Source of the DNA: a virus
UHGV virus genome: UHGV-0145327
Length of the DNA: 35,087 nucleotides
Strand: one strand, 5' to 3'
The notes below the pieces were generated by a model. That model made no database searches and was not told where the DNA came from. It saw nothing but the letters and a program-made list of their open reading frames with translations. The translations under genes and the position numbers were made by a program. Numbering within the stretch: the stretch's first letter is position 1; the number at the start of each line of letters is the position of its first letter. Of this stretch, positions 20,707 through 28,547 are shown piece after piece.

Positions 20707-21305
20707 GCGGCCTCACTTCTGCTGTTTCGCAGGTCTTTGAGTTTCTGCTGATACTCCGCCTTGATGGCCCTGCACTCTTCGACAGTCCAGCGATGGCGGT
20801 TATGGTTTGATTCGATTTCGTCTACTGCTTCCTGCCCGATGCGGCTAATCAGTTCGACGCGATACGGAACGAGATTCCCGCTTTTGTGCTGGTTGCACAC
20901 CACGCATTGCTTGTGAATATTGCGTTCATCAAATCGGAGTTGAGGCGCCGCAGCAGTTGTCCGGTAATGCCCGGCATCCCACTGAGCAGACGTGAGCGTT
21001 CCGCACGAGATACATGGTAAGTCGCGGTCTCTTTCTCTGATGAAGGCGTTTACAGCTTGTTGGGCTTGTTTAATCCAGTAACTGCGGGGCTTTAAGGCGA
21101 GTTTTCGAATCTTAAGTTTATCTTTCTGTTTCTGCTCCTCTCGTCGTCGTTTCTTCTCTGCTGCCTTTTCCGCTTTTTCGCGTTCTTTGCTTCGTCGTTC
21201 GAGTGCTATCTTGGTTCCACAAATCTCATTACACCAATATTGATTTTGATATTTTGGTATAAACCATTCATTGCAACATTTACATTTCCTTCGATAGATT
21301 CGCAT
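20703..21305 (-). CDS. ninG: NinG/Rap recombination protein, restarted at an internal Met (about 200 aa)
   Basis: ...[81 protein letters not shown]... matches lambda NinG as recalled; ATG at 21305 ([15 protein letters not shown]). Confidence 0.85.
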   Translation of the reverse strand: MRIYRRKCKCCNEWFIPKYQNQYWCNEICGTKIALERRSKEREKAEKAAEKKRRREEQKQKDKLKIRKLALKPRSYWIKQAQQAVNAFIRERDRDLPCISCGTLTSAQWDAGHYRTTAAAPQLRFDERNIHKQCVVCNQHKSGNLVPYRVELISRIGQEAVDEIESNHNRHRWTVEECRAIKAEYQQKLKDLRNSRSEAA

Positions 21306-21846
21306 AAGTGCTCCTTTCGTTGCCGGAAAAATCACCGTAATACTTATCTCGGGCTTCTTCAGCAACTAGTACCGCTAACTCCAGATCATCAAAGCATCCG
21401 AAGTGTTTACTCTTGCCATGGAAACCTAGCCTAACATTCCATTTTTTCTGTCGTTTGTGCCAAGTAACTCCTCTGCAACCTGATTTGCTATTCTTTCGGA
21501 TCCTTATATTTCTTGAATTTTCTATTGGCAGGCATTCTCTTAAATTTTCTGGCCTATTGTCGGTCCTAATTCCATTAACGTGGTCAATTTGACCAGCAGG
21601 CCAACGATTATGAGTTATGTAAAAAACTAAGACGTGAGTTTTATATCTACGCCCATCTATCATGATCATTGAATAACCGTTGGAATCAAAAGTTCCAGCA
21701 ACACTATTTAATGCTATCCTTCCCTGAGTGGGAACTTTCCATCTAAATACCCCGGTAGATTTATCGAAACTTAGTAACTCAAATATCCTTTTAACAGTTA
21801 AATCTTCTCTTTTACGGTTACATCGTCTTCGCGCTGGTTTAGCCAT
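21280..21846 (-). CDS. HNH homing-type endonuclease with an AP2-like DNA-binding domain (188 aa)
   Basis: HNH core [15 protein letters not shown]; N-terminal ...[17 protein letters not shown]...; AP2-like ...[50 protein letters not shown]. Gene is visibly AT-rich against GC-richer flanks. Confidence 0.8.
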   Translation of the reverse strand: MAKPARRRCNRKREDLTVKRIFELLSFDKSTGVFRWKVPTQGRIALNSVAGTFDSNGYSMIMIDGRRYKTHVLVFYITHNRWPAGQIDHVNGIRTDNRPENLRECLPIENSRNIRIRKNSKSGCRGVTWHKRQKKWNVRLGFHGKSKHFGCFDDLELAVLVAEEARDKYYGDFSGNERSTYANLSKEM

Positions 21847-22009
21847 TGTCTTCTTCCTCGTGCATCGAACTATTCGGATCGCTCATCAGTTCTGCGCAGC
21901 AGTGCTCACACACGTGAACTTCCAGCACATGCAACTTCTGACCGCAGTTAGCGCACGTTAAAGCCCGCTCGACGCTTTCTTGTTCGTAACTTCGATTTGG
22001 GTCAATCAC
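21839..22009 (-). CDS. ninF: NinF (56 aa, GTG start), not in the ORF track
   Basis: My translation [56 protein letters not shown] matches lambda NinF as recalled; GTGA overlap with the ninE stop. Confidence 0.75.
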   Translation of the reverse strand: MIDPNRSYEQESVERALTCANCGQKLHVLEVHVCEHCCAELMSDPNSSMHEEEDNG

Positions 22010-22188
22010 CTTGTTTTCCTCGCACGTTCTCTAAGCCACCGGATATCCCACAGGTGAGCCGTGTAATTGAAGGTTTTTACGTCAGATTCTTTTGGGATTG
22101 GCTTGCGTTTATTTCTGGAGCGTTTCGTTGGAAGGTATTTGCAGTTTTCGCAGATTATGTCGGTGATACTTCGTCGCTGTCGCCTCAT
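22006..22188 (-). CDS. ninE: NinE (60 aa from [10 protein letters not shown])
   Basis: [60 protein letters not shown]; ATGA overlap with the upstream methyltransferase stop. Confidence 0.75.
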   Translation of the reverse strand: MRRQRRSITDIICENCKYLPTKRSRNKRKPIPKESDVKTFNYTAHLWDIRWLRERARKTR

Positions 22189-22712
22189 GCCGCCCTCCTG
22201 ACGCCCTGCCCGATCGCCATCAATGCCGCTTTGGATACGGTAGTAAACATCCGTCGAGGACTGATGAACGGTCGCCAAATCAGCAGCATGGAACCTTTGC
22301 TGTTTCCCTTCTTCTCCAACCCAGTCGATGGTTCGATAAAATTAATCCGTCCATCAGTGATGATGCGAACTTCGTCAACACTCTCCAGAGCCTTACTGAA
22401 CCATCCTACAGACATATCCTCTGGCACAAGCATCACTACCGTCTGTCGCTGTTGTATGCACTGCTCAGCGGCTTTTTCCACCCACGGCCTGATATTGCTG
22501 TACGGTGGGTTATTCCAGATTGCACCGTGGCTTACCCACTCAGAATTGAGCGCGTCGTCGGCCTCAGTTAACCAGTGAGCGCACAGAGCATTTTTGTCGC
22601 TCGCTGCCGAATCCAGCCAGAATCCAAACTCAATATCCAGTGCATCAAAAAGCCAAAGCGGCGTTTGCCAGCAGTCCTTGTCGTGTGCTGGCGTATTTGA
22701 TTTGATAGTCAT
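22185..22712 (-). CDS. Phage DNA N6-adenine methyltransferase (about 175 aa from [13 protein letters not shown])
   Basis: NPPY catalytic motif ([14 protein letters not shown]) and the [14 protein letters not shown]-terminal region typical of the phage N6A methyltransferase family; ATGA overlap with the ninB stop. Confidence 0.8.
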   Translation of the reverse strand: MTIKSNTPAHDKDCWQTPLWLFDALDIEFGFWLDSAASDKNALCAHWLTEADDALNSEWVSHGAIWNNPPYSNIRPWVEKAAEQCIQQRQTVVMLVPEDMSVGWFSKALESVDEVRIITDGRINFIEPSTGLEKKGNSKGSMLLIWRPFISPRRMFTTVSKAALMAIGQGVRRAA

Positions 22713-23149
22713 GCAGCCCGATCTCCCCATCGCGCTTTCCATTCGAGAGCCAGTCGCGCTTCGTCTGACCACTTAACGCCACGCTCTGTACCGAATGCCT
22801 GTATAAGCTCTAATAGCTCCGCAAATTCGCTTACACGCATCCTGCTGGTTGACTGGCCTATTACAACAAAGCCATTCCCGGCAAGGTTAGGAACAACGTC
22901 CTGCTGCTTTAATGCTGCTGTAAAAACGCACTTCCAGCTTTCTGCATCCAGCCGGCGACCATGCCATTCAACCTGACGCGAAACGTCACCAAGGCAAGCC
23001 CAAAGCTTCCGATTTTGGTCTAAGCTGCGGTTGCGCTCCTGAATGGTTACTACTATTGGTTTGGTTGGGTCTGGAAGGATTTGCTGTACTGCGTGAATAG
23101 CGTTTTGCTGATGTGCTGGAGATCGAATTTCAAAGGTTAGTTTTTTCAT
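22709..23149 (-). CDS. ninB: NinB recombination protein (146 aa)
   Basis: MKKLTFEIRSPAHQQNAIHAVQQILPDPTKPIVVTIQERNRSLDQNRKLWACLGDVSRQVEWHG... is near-identical to lambda NinB as recalled. Confidence 0.9.
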   Translation of the reverse strand: MKKLTFEIRSPAHQQNAIHAVQQILPDPTKPIVVTIQERNRSLDQNRKLWACLGDVSRQVEWHGRRLDAESWKCVFTAALKQQDVVPNLAGNGFVVIGQSTSRMRVSEFAELLELIQAFGTERGVKWSDEARLALEWKARWGDRAA

Positions 23150-23342
23150 GACTTCCCTCTCTAACAGATTTCAGGTTATTCCACTCCGTTACCGCACTGC
23201 GATAATTCGCGGACGCCACAGCGGCGTGGTTAGCGCAGTAGATTTGGCACCCGTTCTCCATGTCGAATATTGTCGGTGATTTTCCGCATTTACATTTTTT
23301 GGCACGCGGTGCGTCTGAACACATTCCGTTAACGGTGTCCAT
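23130..23342 (-). CDS. Small Cys-rich hypothetical protein (70 aa) between helicase and ninB
   Basis: ATG at 23342 with a GAGGGGGA Shine-Dalgarno 5 nt upstream on the minus strand; CKCGK...CQIYCANH suggests zinc binding. Confidence 0.5.
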   Translation of the reverse strand: MDTVNGMCSDAPRAKKCKCGKSPTIFDMENGCQIYCANHAAVASANYRSAVTEWNNLKSVREGSHEKTNL

Positions 23343-23366
23343 CAGGATCCCCCTCGTTCTTAATCC

Positions 23367-23396
23367 AATAAAAAAGGGCTACTGTGTAAATAGCCC
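23367..23396 (-). terminator. Intrinsic terminator after the helicase gene (tR2-equivalent position)
   Basis: On the minus strand, GGGCTA-tttacacag-TAGCCC is followed by TTTTTTATT. Confidence 0.5.
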
Positions 23397-23423
23397 CTGT
23401 TATTAGCTCAGTGATGTAGATGG

Positions 23424-24800
23424 TCATACGTCAGCCCCTTGTGCATATCGTCTGCCACGTGCAGCGGGTGCATTTGATGCTGTGCAAATCTGTCTGGCTT
23501 CATCCTGGTCACATGCAACAAAGTGTCCGTTACAGAACCGCTGGTAAACCGTACCAAGCGAGCCAAAACGGTTTTTCGTCACGATGATTTCAGCAAATGG
23601 CGCGGCGCTACTGTTCTCGTCATATACCGCTTCCCGATAGAGCATGATGATTGAGTCTGCGTCCTGCTCAATGCTTCCTGAATCACGCAAATCTGCGTTT
23701 GTCGGGCGTTTGTTTGGTCGCTTCTCAACATCGCGCGAAAGCTGACTTAGGGAGATCACAGGCGTTTTCAGGTCTTTCGCCATCGCCTTAAGGCTTCCGG
23801 AGATGTGAGCAATTGCGAGGTCGTTGCGATCTGCTTTCGGCTTCTCAATCAGGCCAAGATAATCCGCCATGATGAGTGACAGGTTTGGATTTTCCTGTTT
23901 GTGCCGTTCTGCGATTGAGCGTATTTCTTCGACCGATAACCGCGAGGCATCGACTACCCATACATCCAAATCTGCAAGCTGACTCATGCCGTTAGCAACA
24001 CGCGCCCAGCCCTCGTCATCCATCGATGCAGGATTTCGCAGTACGCTAACCGACATCCTCCCGGCGTTGGCAATGCTTCGCTCTGCAATCTGCAATGCGC
24101 TCATTTCCATTGAGAAAATCAATACTCCGCGCCGGACGTCAGAACCAGGAATAACACGACTTGCAACGCCTTCGGCAATCTTCAGCGCCAGCTCTGTTTT
24201 CCCCATACCAGGACGAGCAGCGATTATCACCAGGTCTTCTGCGTTCATCCCTCCGGTGATGGCGTCAAGTTCTTCGATTCCGGTCTTCAGGGTATCTGAC
24301 TCTTCTCCGTTCCTCAGACGCCTGTCAAGCGTGTCAGTGTAGTCAGTGATGATTTCCCCTAACCGTACCGGTTTAACCTCGTCACGGGGCTTTCTGATGG
24401 CTGAGAGACGCTTTACAAGTTCATCCATCGCCTGACTCGATGCGTCGATGGTTCCGCTCTGAATTGGTTCACGCATTTCATCCATGATTTCCAGCACCAG
24501 ACGGCGGTGATAGTTATCCGCGACCATTCCGGCATATCCCTTCAGGTTTGCGGCACTCGGGCAGTTTTTGCTGGTCATCAGGATTGACGTGAAATGCTCC
24601 TCTCCGCACGCCTCGGCAACCATCAGCGCATCGATTAGGTTTCTGTTTCTCGCCTGCTTGCGAATAACCTCGAAGGCTTTCCGGTAGAGCGGAATTGAAA
24701 ACGCTTCCGGCTCCAGCGTTGCCAGAACGTCACTGGCGGTTGGAGTTAATCCACCAATCAGCAGGCCACCGATAACGCTCGCTTCGATATCTTGTCTCAT
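23424..24800 (-). CDS. Replicative DNA helicase, DnaB family (458 aa; P22 gene 12-like)
   Basis: Walker [19 protein letters not shown] and DnaB C-terminal domain motifs; same length as P22 gp12. Confidence 0.9.
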   Translation of the reverse strand: MRQDIEASVIGGLLIGGLTPTASDVLATLEPEAFSIPLYRKAFEVIRKQARNRNLIDALMVAEACGEEHFTSILMTSKNCPSAANLKGYAGMVADNYHRRLVLEIMDEMREPIQSGTIDASSQAMDELVKRLSAIRKPRDEVKPVRLGEIITDYTDTLDRRLRNGEESDTLKTGIEELDAITGGMNAEDLVIIAARPGMGKTELALKIAEGVASRVIPGSDVRRGVLIFSMEMSALQIAERSIANAGRMSVSVLRNPASMDDEGWARVANGMSQLADLDVWVVDASRLSVEEIRSIAERHKQENPNLSLIMADYLGLIEKPKADRNDLAIAHISGSLKAMAKDLKTPVISLSQLSRDVEKRPNKRPTNADLRDSGSIEQDADSIIMLYREAVYDENSSAAPFAEIIVTKNRFGSLGTVYQRFCNGHFVACDQDEARQICTASNAPAARGRRYAQGADV

Positions 24801-25744
24801 GCAATCCCCCTGTCTGCAAACTTCCCTTCCCGAACTCCCGTTAACGAGTCTTCTCTCAGCAGGTAATCAAAATCAGCCGTCCAGCCCGTGTCGTTGTCTC
24901 CGAAGTAAAACGGCTTGGCCTGATGCACAAACGCCCTGACATACGCTCTGAAACCGTCCACGTTTGGCGTTTTCAGTTGCGGGATGATTTTCTTCAGGCG
25001 ACGTTTGCGTTTCTCGTTGACCGCAACAGCGTGTGGCAGTCTGTCACCGACTTCGGTGTTGTAGGCGTTCAGGAAGGATTCGTAGTCGATTCGTTCTGCC
25101 TTGCGACGTTCAGGTTTAACCTGCCCATCGCCTCCCCCATTGGGGGGTAGGGGGGTATTATTTATATTCTTGTTAATACCTTCTTGTTCATGATGTGCGG
25201 TTGTTTGTGCGGCTTCATGTGCGCTTTCATGTGCGGCATGTGCGCTGAAAGCCGCGCCATTACTGGCTTCGTCATGTGCGGCATCATGTGCGGTTGTTTG
25301 TGCGGCTTCATGTGCGGGTAAATTGTCCATTTTTTGAGCATATTCATGGTAATTTGTGATGGTTATCACACGACCTTTTTGCTTCTCTCCATCAATGGAG
25401 ATCATCCCCTCTTTCACAAAAACCTGAAGCATCCGCTCAACCTGATCACGGCTTGCTGGCTTGCCATGCCTGTCGCATAACTGAAGACCTAAATCAGCTG
25501 CTGTCACAACCAGTTGACCGGGTTGCAGATGCCATTCATGACCTTTGAAATTCGCTTTGTATGGCTTTCTGGCGGCATTCAGGAGAAGGTTTTCCCACAG
25601 GGTGCGAAGATAAACATCTTTCGCCCATGACTGTTTCAGAATGCTCCGGTACAACGGAATGTAACCAGTTTTCTGGTTCTCCATCCTGTTGCTCCTGCGC
25701 TCGTGTGCGGCGCTGAAATCGTAGATTTTTGCTGTATTGCTCAT
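24797..25744 (-). CDS. Replication initiation protein (lambda O-like in role, 315 aa) with an internal His/Ala-rich repeat region
   Basis: Immediately upstream of and overlapping the helicase gene; central repeats [14 protein letters not shown]...[14 protein letters not shown] are encoded by DNA direct repeats; C-terminal ...[19 protein letters not shown]... resembles a conserved phage replication-protein C-terminal domain. Confidence 0.75.
   Translation of the reverse strand: MSNTAKIYDFSAAHERRSNRMENQKTGYIPLYRSILKQSWAKDVYLRTLWENLLLNAARKPYKANFKGHEWHLQPGQLVVTAADLGLQLCDRHGKPASRDQVERMLQVFVKEGMISIDGEKQKGRVITITNYHEYAQKMDNLPAHEAAQTTAHDAAHDEASNGAAFSAHAAHESAHEAAQTTAHHEQEGINKNINNTPLPPNGGGDGQVKPERRKAERIDYESFLNAYNTEVGDRLPHAVAVNEKRKRRLKKIIPQLKTPNVDGFRAYVRAFVHQAKPFYFGDNDTGWTADFDYLLREDSLTGVREGKFADRGIA
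25130..25320. repeat. Candidate replication origin inside the initiator gene: about 35-bp direct repeats with several CATGTGCG(G) units, next to an AT-rich stretch and a C5/G6 inverted repeat
   Basis: catgatgtgcggttgtttgtgcggcttcatgtgcg at 25189-25223 recurs as catcatgtgcggttgtttgtgcggcttcatgtgcg at 25283-25317; further CATGTGCG units at about 25229, 25238 and 25273; AT-rich tattatttatattcttgttaatacc at 25156-25180; CCCCCATTGGGGGG at 25133-25146. Confidence 0.5.
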
Positions 25745-25746
25745 AA

Positions 25747-26019
25747 CTACCTGCCTTGACGAAAGACCTTAAGAACATCGTTAAACTGACTTACGGATAT
25801 GTCTTCTTTGAGCAGCTTTTCCAGAAATGCGTTTGGAATGAACGTATATCCCTCCTCTTTTGGTAGAGACGGGAGCAACGCCCTCGCCTCAGCCTTCAGA
25901 AGCTCAGTTCTGGCAACTTTCACAAAAGAGATTTGAGTTCTTTCGTCAATGGAACGAAGGAAGCGCAAGCGCTTGGCTTCTTTGTGTGTATCAGGTGGAT
26001 TAAAGCCTTTGTTTCGCAT
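25747..26019 (-). CDS. Hypothetical protein (90 aa) between cII and the replication initiator
   Basis: ATG at 26019 with GAGGTAATTAT upstream; the longer track ORF (25747..26328) overlaps cII in another frame and is rejected upstream of this start. Confidence 0.5.
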   Translation of the reverse strand: MRNKGFNPPDTHKEAKRLRFLRSIDERTQISFVKVARTELLKAEARALLPSLPKEEGYTFIPNAFLEKLLKEDISVSQFNDVLKVFRQGR

Positions 26020-26041
26020 ATAATTACCTCGTTGGATGTTG

Positions 26042-26335
26042 TTAAAATTCCATTTGTATTTGATCAGAACGCTCGGTTGCCGCCGGGCGTTTTTTATTGG
26101 TGAGAATCGAAGCAACTTGTCGTGCCAATCGAGCCATATCGTCGTCAACGACGCCCCATTCAAGAACAGCAAGCAGCATTGAGAACTTTGGAATCCAATC
26201 CCTCTTCCACCTGCTGATCTGCGACTTATCAACTCCCACAGCTTCCGCTGTCTTCTCAGTTCCAAGCATTGCGATTTTGTTAAGCAACGCACTCTCGATT
26301 CGTAGAGCCTCGTTGCGTTTGTTTGCACGAACCAT
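26042..26335 (-). CDS. cII: Transcriptional activator CII (97 aa)
   Basis: MVRANKRNEALRIESALLNKIAMLGTEKTAEAVGVDKSQISRWKRDWIPKFSMLLAVLEWGVVDDDMARLARQVASILTNKKRPAATERSDQIQMEF matches lambda CII as recalled; the leader AGGAAATACTTACAT-ATG is also lambda-like. Confidence 0.95.
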   Translation of the reverse strand: MVRANKRNEALRIESALLNKIAMLGTEKTAEAVGVDKSQISRWKRDWIPKFSMLLAVLEWGVVDDDMARLARQVASILTNKKRPAATERSDQIQMEF

Positions 26336-26393
26336 ATGTAAGTATTTCCTTAACAAATAAGAAGTTATGCGCATCAACTTATGCGCGTTGTAT

Positions 26394-26436
26394 TCCCGCA
26401 TTTCGGCGGGAATGAGGACCATGACTGTTAAAGAGC
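26394..26436 (-). promoter_or_regulatory. nutR: boxA (CGCTCTTTAAC) and boxB hairpin (TCCCGC-cgaaat-GCGGGA) between cro and cII
   Basis: Read on the minus strand: accGCTCTTTAAcag ... tTCCCGCCGAAATGCGGGAat. boxA precedes boxB as in lambdoid nut sites. Confidence 0.6.
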
Positions 26437-26444
26437 GGTGTTAC

Positions 26445-26669
26445 TTATGCTGCCTGATTCGGTTTTGGAAACAGGTGTGGCAAATCGGGGCGAATTTCGT
26501 AAGCCTTGATCTGCCCTCCAGTGGCGTTAACGATGGCGGTAACTTTCTCTGGAGAGACCAACCCGCCTTTCAGCCATTTGTGTACTGCTGGCTGCGTTAC
26601 ACCACACTTGTCGGCAAGGCGCTTTTGGCTACCGACAATTTTCAAGGCTCGTTGAATTACTAAATTCAT
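26445..26669 (-). CDS. cro: Cro-like HTH repressor (74 aa from MNLVIQRALK)
   Basis: Small HTH protein (QKRLADKCGVTQPAVHKWLKG) transcribed divergently from cI; AAGAGG Shine-Dalgarno 7 nt before the MNLV ATG. Confidence 0.75.
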   Translation of the reverse strand: MNLVIQRALKIVGSQKRLADKCGVTQPAVHKWLKGGLVSPEKVTAIVNATGGQIKAYEIRPDLPHLFPKPNQAA

Positions 26670-26705
26670 GAGCATACCTCTTGTGGTCATTACTTATAAC
26701 CAAAG

Positions 26706-26768
26706 ATAACTCAAGTTATAAAAAATAGCAATAACCTTTGTTATTTTACTTTGGATAACCGTAGTTAT
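26706..26768. promoter_or_regulatory. OR operator cluster: three ATAAC-N4-GTTAT sites between cro and cI (PR/PRM region)
   Basis: ATAACtcaaGTTAT (26706-26719), ATAACctttGTTAT (26731-26744), ATAACcgtaGTTAT (26755-26768). Confidence 0.6.
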
Positions 26769-26780
26769 AGATTTGTGGGT

Positions 26781-27488
26781 ATGAAAACATTCGCAGAAAG
26801 ACTAAATGCAGCCATGAGCTCAGCAGGGGTATCACAATCACAGCTTGCTGACATGGTTGGAATATCTCAGCCAGCCATACAGAAGATGTCGTCCGGTAAA
26901 ACAAACGGATCTCGCAAGATGGTTGAATTAGCCAATGCTTTAAAAGTGCGCCCTGAATGGCTTAGTTCTGGTATTGGTGAAATGAGGGATGGTGCACATG
27001 AAGAACCATCCAATGTCCGTGAGTCATCTTTAAAAGCTGTGGTATGGGAAGACATTAAAAGAAACGATGACGAGTTTGTTGCGTTGCCTCTTCTTAACGT
27101 TTCGCTTTCAGCTGGAAGCGGTAGCTGCGAGCTAGAGGAATCATCGGAGTTCTCTTTGGTTTTCAGAAAGCACTATCTGAAAAAGATGGGAGTATCTGAA
27201 AGATCAGCCAAGCTAGTTAGGGTTGTAGGGCAAAGCATGGAACCAACGCTTCACGATGGCGATGTTGTTGGTGTTAACACGCAAGATACCACCATCAGAG
27301 ATGGTAAAACCTACGCTATTTGCCAGTCTGATTTGTTACGAGTAAAAACATTAATCGCCACCCCTACATCGGTGATAATCAGATCAATAAATCGCGAAGA
27401 GTACCCGGATGAAGTAATGGATAGAGATGAATTTCATGAAACCGTAAGGATTATTGGCAGAGTATTCTGGTCGTCTCATAGTTGGTAA
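26781..27488 (+). CDS. cI: CI-type prophage repressor with HTH and LexA-like S24 autocleavage domain (235 aa from MKTFAERL)
   Basis: HTH QSQLADMVGISQPAIQKM; C-terminal S24 motifs (VVGQSMEPTLHDGDVV Ser, downstream Lys). ATG 26751 is an alternative start but would overlap the third operator. Confidence 0.85.
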   Translation: MKTFAERLNAAMSSAGVSQSQLADMVGISQPAIQKMSSGKTNGSRKMVELANALKVRPEWLSSGIGEMRDGAHEEPSNVRESSLKAVVWEDIKRNDDEFVALPLLNVSLSAGSGSCELEESSEFSLVFRKHYLKKMGVSERSAKLVRVVGQSMEPTLHDGDVVGVNTQDTTIRDGKTYAICQSDLLRVKTLIATPTSVIIRSINREEYPDEVMDRDEFHETVRIIGRVFWSSHSW

Positions 27489-27528
27489 CCGATAATCAGA
27501 AGAAGACTTACGGAAGTGCGGAGGGATA

Positions 27529-27825
27529 ATGGAATTTCTGATAGTTTTTGTTGTTGTTTTGGTCATCATTCTTTTTGTTTTGCTAAGCATTAGTAAAAAG
27601 CTATCTCAAGTGATTGAACATAGCTCTAATCGCGCAAAAGAAGAAGAGCATCTAATTGATATAAAAGAGATTCTCTCTGATATAAAAATCACATTAGATG
27701 AAATAAAATACACAACAGATCTAATTGAACAGTATAAAATACCAACCCCAAACGAGAGAAAAGCAATAGATCAATATCGTATTGACTTAGAAATCGACGA
27801 AATGCTAAGCAAAAGAAAAGACTAA
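27529..27825 (+). CDS. Small membrane-anchored hypothetical protein (98 aa) in the rexAB position, very AT-rich
   Basis: Directly downstream of cI on the same strand; N-terminal hydrophobic segment MEFLIVFVVVLVIILFVLLSI followed by a charged, helix-prone region; followed by an intrinsic terminator. Confidence 0.6.
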   Translation: MEFLIVFVVVLVIILFVLLSISKKLSQVIEHSSNRAKEEEHLIDIKEILSDIKITLDEIKYTTDLIEQYKIPTPNERKAIDQYRIDLEIDEMLSKRKD

Positions 27826-27830
27826 AAACA

Positions 27831-27858
27831 CCCGGCCTCAGCGCCGGGTTTTCTTTTC
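27831..27858 (+). terminator. Intrinsic terminator ending the cI/rex-slot operon
   Basis: CCCGGC-ctcagc-GCCGGG followed by TTTTCTTTTCC, 5 bp after the stop codon. Confidence 0.65.
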
Positions 27859-27978
27859 CTGCCGTTCACCACCCAATCACCCATCATCATCATAGACAAG
27901 CATCAAGCCAAAGGTAACACCTTCACCCCGCACGCAAGCCCTCAAACACCAATCAATCAGCAACATTTACAAAAATAA

Positions 27979-28064
27979 AATACCTTTGTTATCCATCACT
28001 TATAACTTATTTACCACAAAATATAAATTAGGTTATTGACCACACCTATAACCTAAGTTATCTT
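27979..28064. promoter_or_regulatory. OL/PL region: operator-like sites of the same ATAAC-N4-GTTAT family and a candidate PL (-35 TTGACC at 28036-28041)
   Basis: ATAACctaaGTTAT at 28048-28061 is a full site; ATACCtttgTTAT near 27980-27992 is a degenerate copy; TTGACC with TATCTT 17 bp downstream, pointing toward N. Confidence 0.5.
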
Positions 28065-28110
28065 TAAGCCATCAGCAGGGCGCTGGTAGCCAAACGGAAC
28101 AGATTGGCAG

Positions 28111-28151
28111 GCTCTTTAACATTGATGGGATTGTCCCGCCGAAATGCGGGA
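28111..28151 (+). promoter_or_regulatory. nutL: boxA (GCTCTTTAA) and boxB hairpin (TCCCGC-cgaaat-GCGGGA) upstream of N
   Basis: boxA at 28111-28119; boxB at 28134-28151 has the identical sequence to the boxB found in nutR. Confidence 0.6.
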
Positions 28152-28258
28152 ACCAAAGAGTAGTTGGCTTTGGGGTGGCGTGAAGTGCAGCTGCACGACG
28201 GCAACCGGAAGATAAGCACCCGGCGCGTCACCGCCAAAGTCAATCATCGGAGGTCAAC

Positions 28259-28531
28259 ATGACAGTAGTCATTACATATCTGGCTGACGATAACGCCAGA
28301 AATCGCCGCAGAGCACGCAGACAGGCTCAACGTGAACAGGCAATGCAAGAGCAGCGACTGGCGCGAAAAATTGCGCTAAAGCTCTCTGGTTGCGTCAGAG
28401 CAGATAAAGCAGCATCACTCGGAAGCCTTCGCTGCAAGAAGGCAGATGAATGCAGTGGAAGTATTTGCCTGCCAAACGTAGCCATTTACGCGGCAGGCTA
28501 CCGGAAATCAAAACAACTGACGGCGAGATGA
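28259..28531 (+). CDS. N: N-type transcription antiterminator (90 aa; P22 gp24-like)
   Basis: Arginine-rich motif DNARNRRRARRQAQREQ near the N-terminus; C-terminal LPNVAIYAAGYRKSKQLTAR matches the P22 gp24 C-terminus (LPGVALYAAGHRKSKQITAR) as recalled. Confidence 0.85.
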   Translation: MTVVITYLADDNARNRRRARRQAQREQAMQEQRLARKIALKLSGCVRADKAASLGSLRCKKADECSGSICLPNVAIYAAGYRKSKQLTAR

Positions 28532-28547
28532 TAAATTAATTTGCTAA

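Noticed and set aside
21997-22578. Plus-strand 193-aa ORF
   Set aside because: Antisense to ninE and the methyltransferase gene, which are supported by motifs and ATGA coupling.
25162-25347. 61-aa His/Met/Pro-rich ORF and the question of a CRISPR array in the repeat region
   Set aside because: The ORF is an alternate frame of the iteron repeats inside the initiator gene. The repeats are imperfect, coding and lack CRISPR-type spacer structure, so this is not CRISPR.
25747-26328. 193-aa minus-strand ORF overlapping cII
   Set aside because: Its upstream two-thirds overlaps cII in another frame; only the downstream 90 aa (from ATG 26019, with a Shine-Dalgarno) is retained.
26042-26422. 126-aa version of the cII ORF starting at 26422
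   Set aside because: The extension would run through nutR boxA and boxB; the lambda-like cII start MVRANKRNE at 26335 has the conserved leader.
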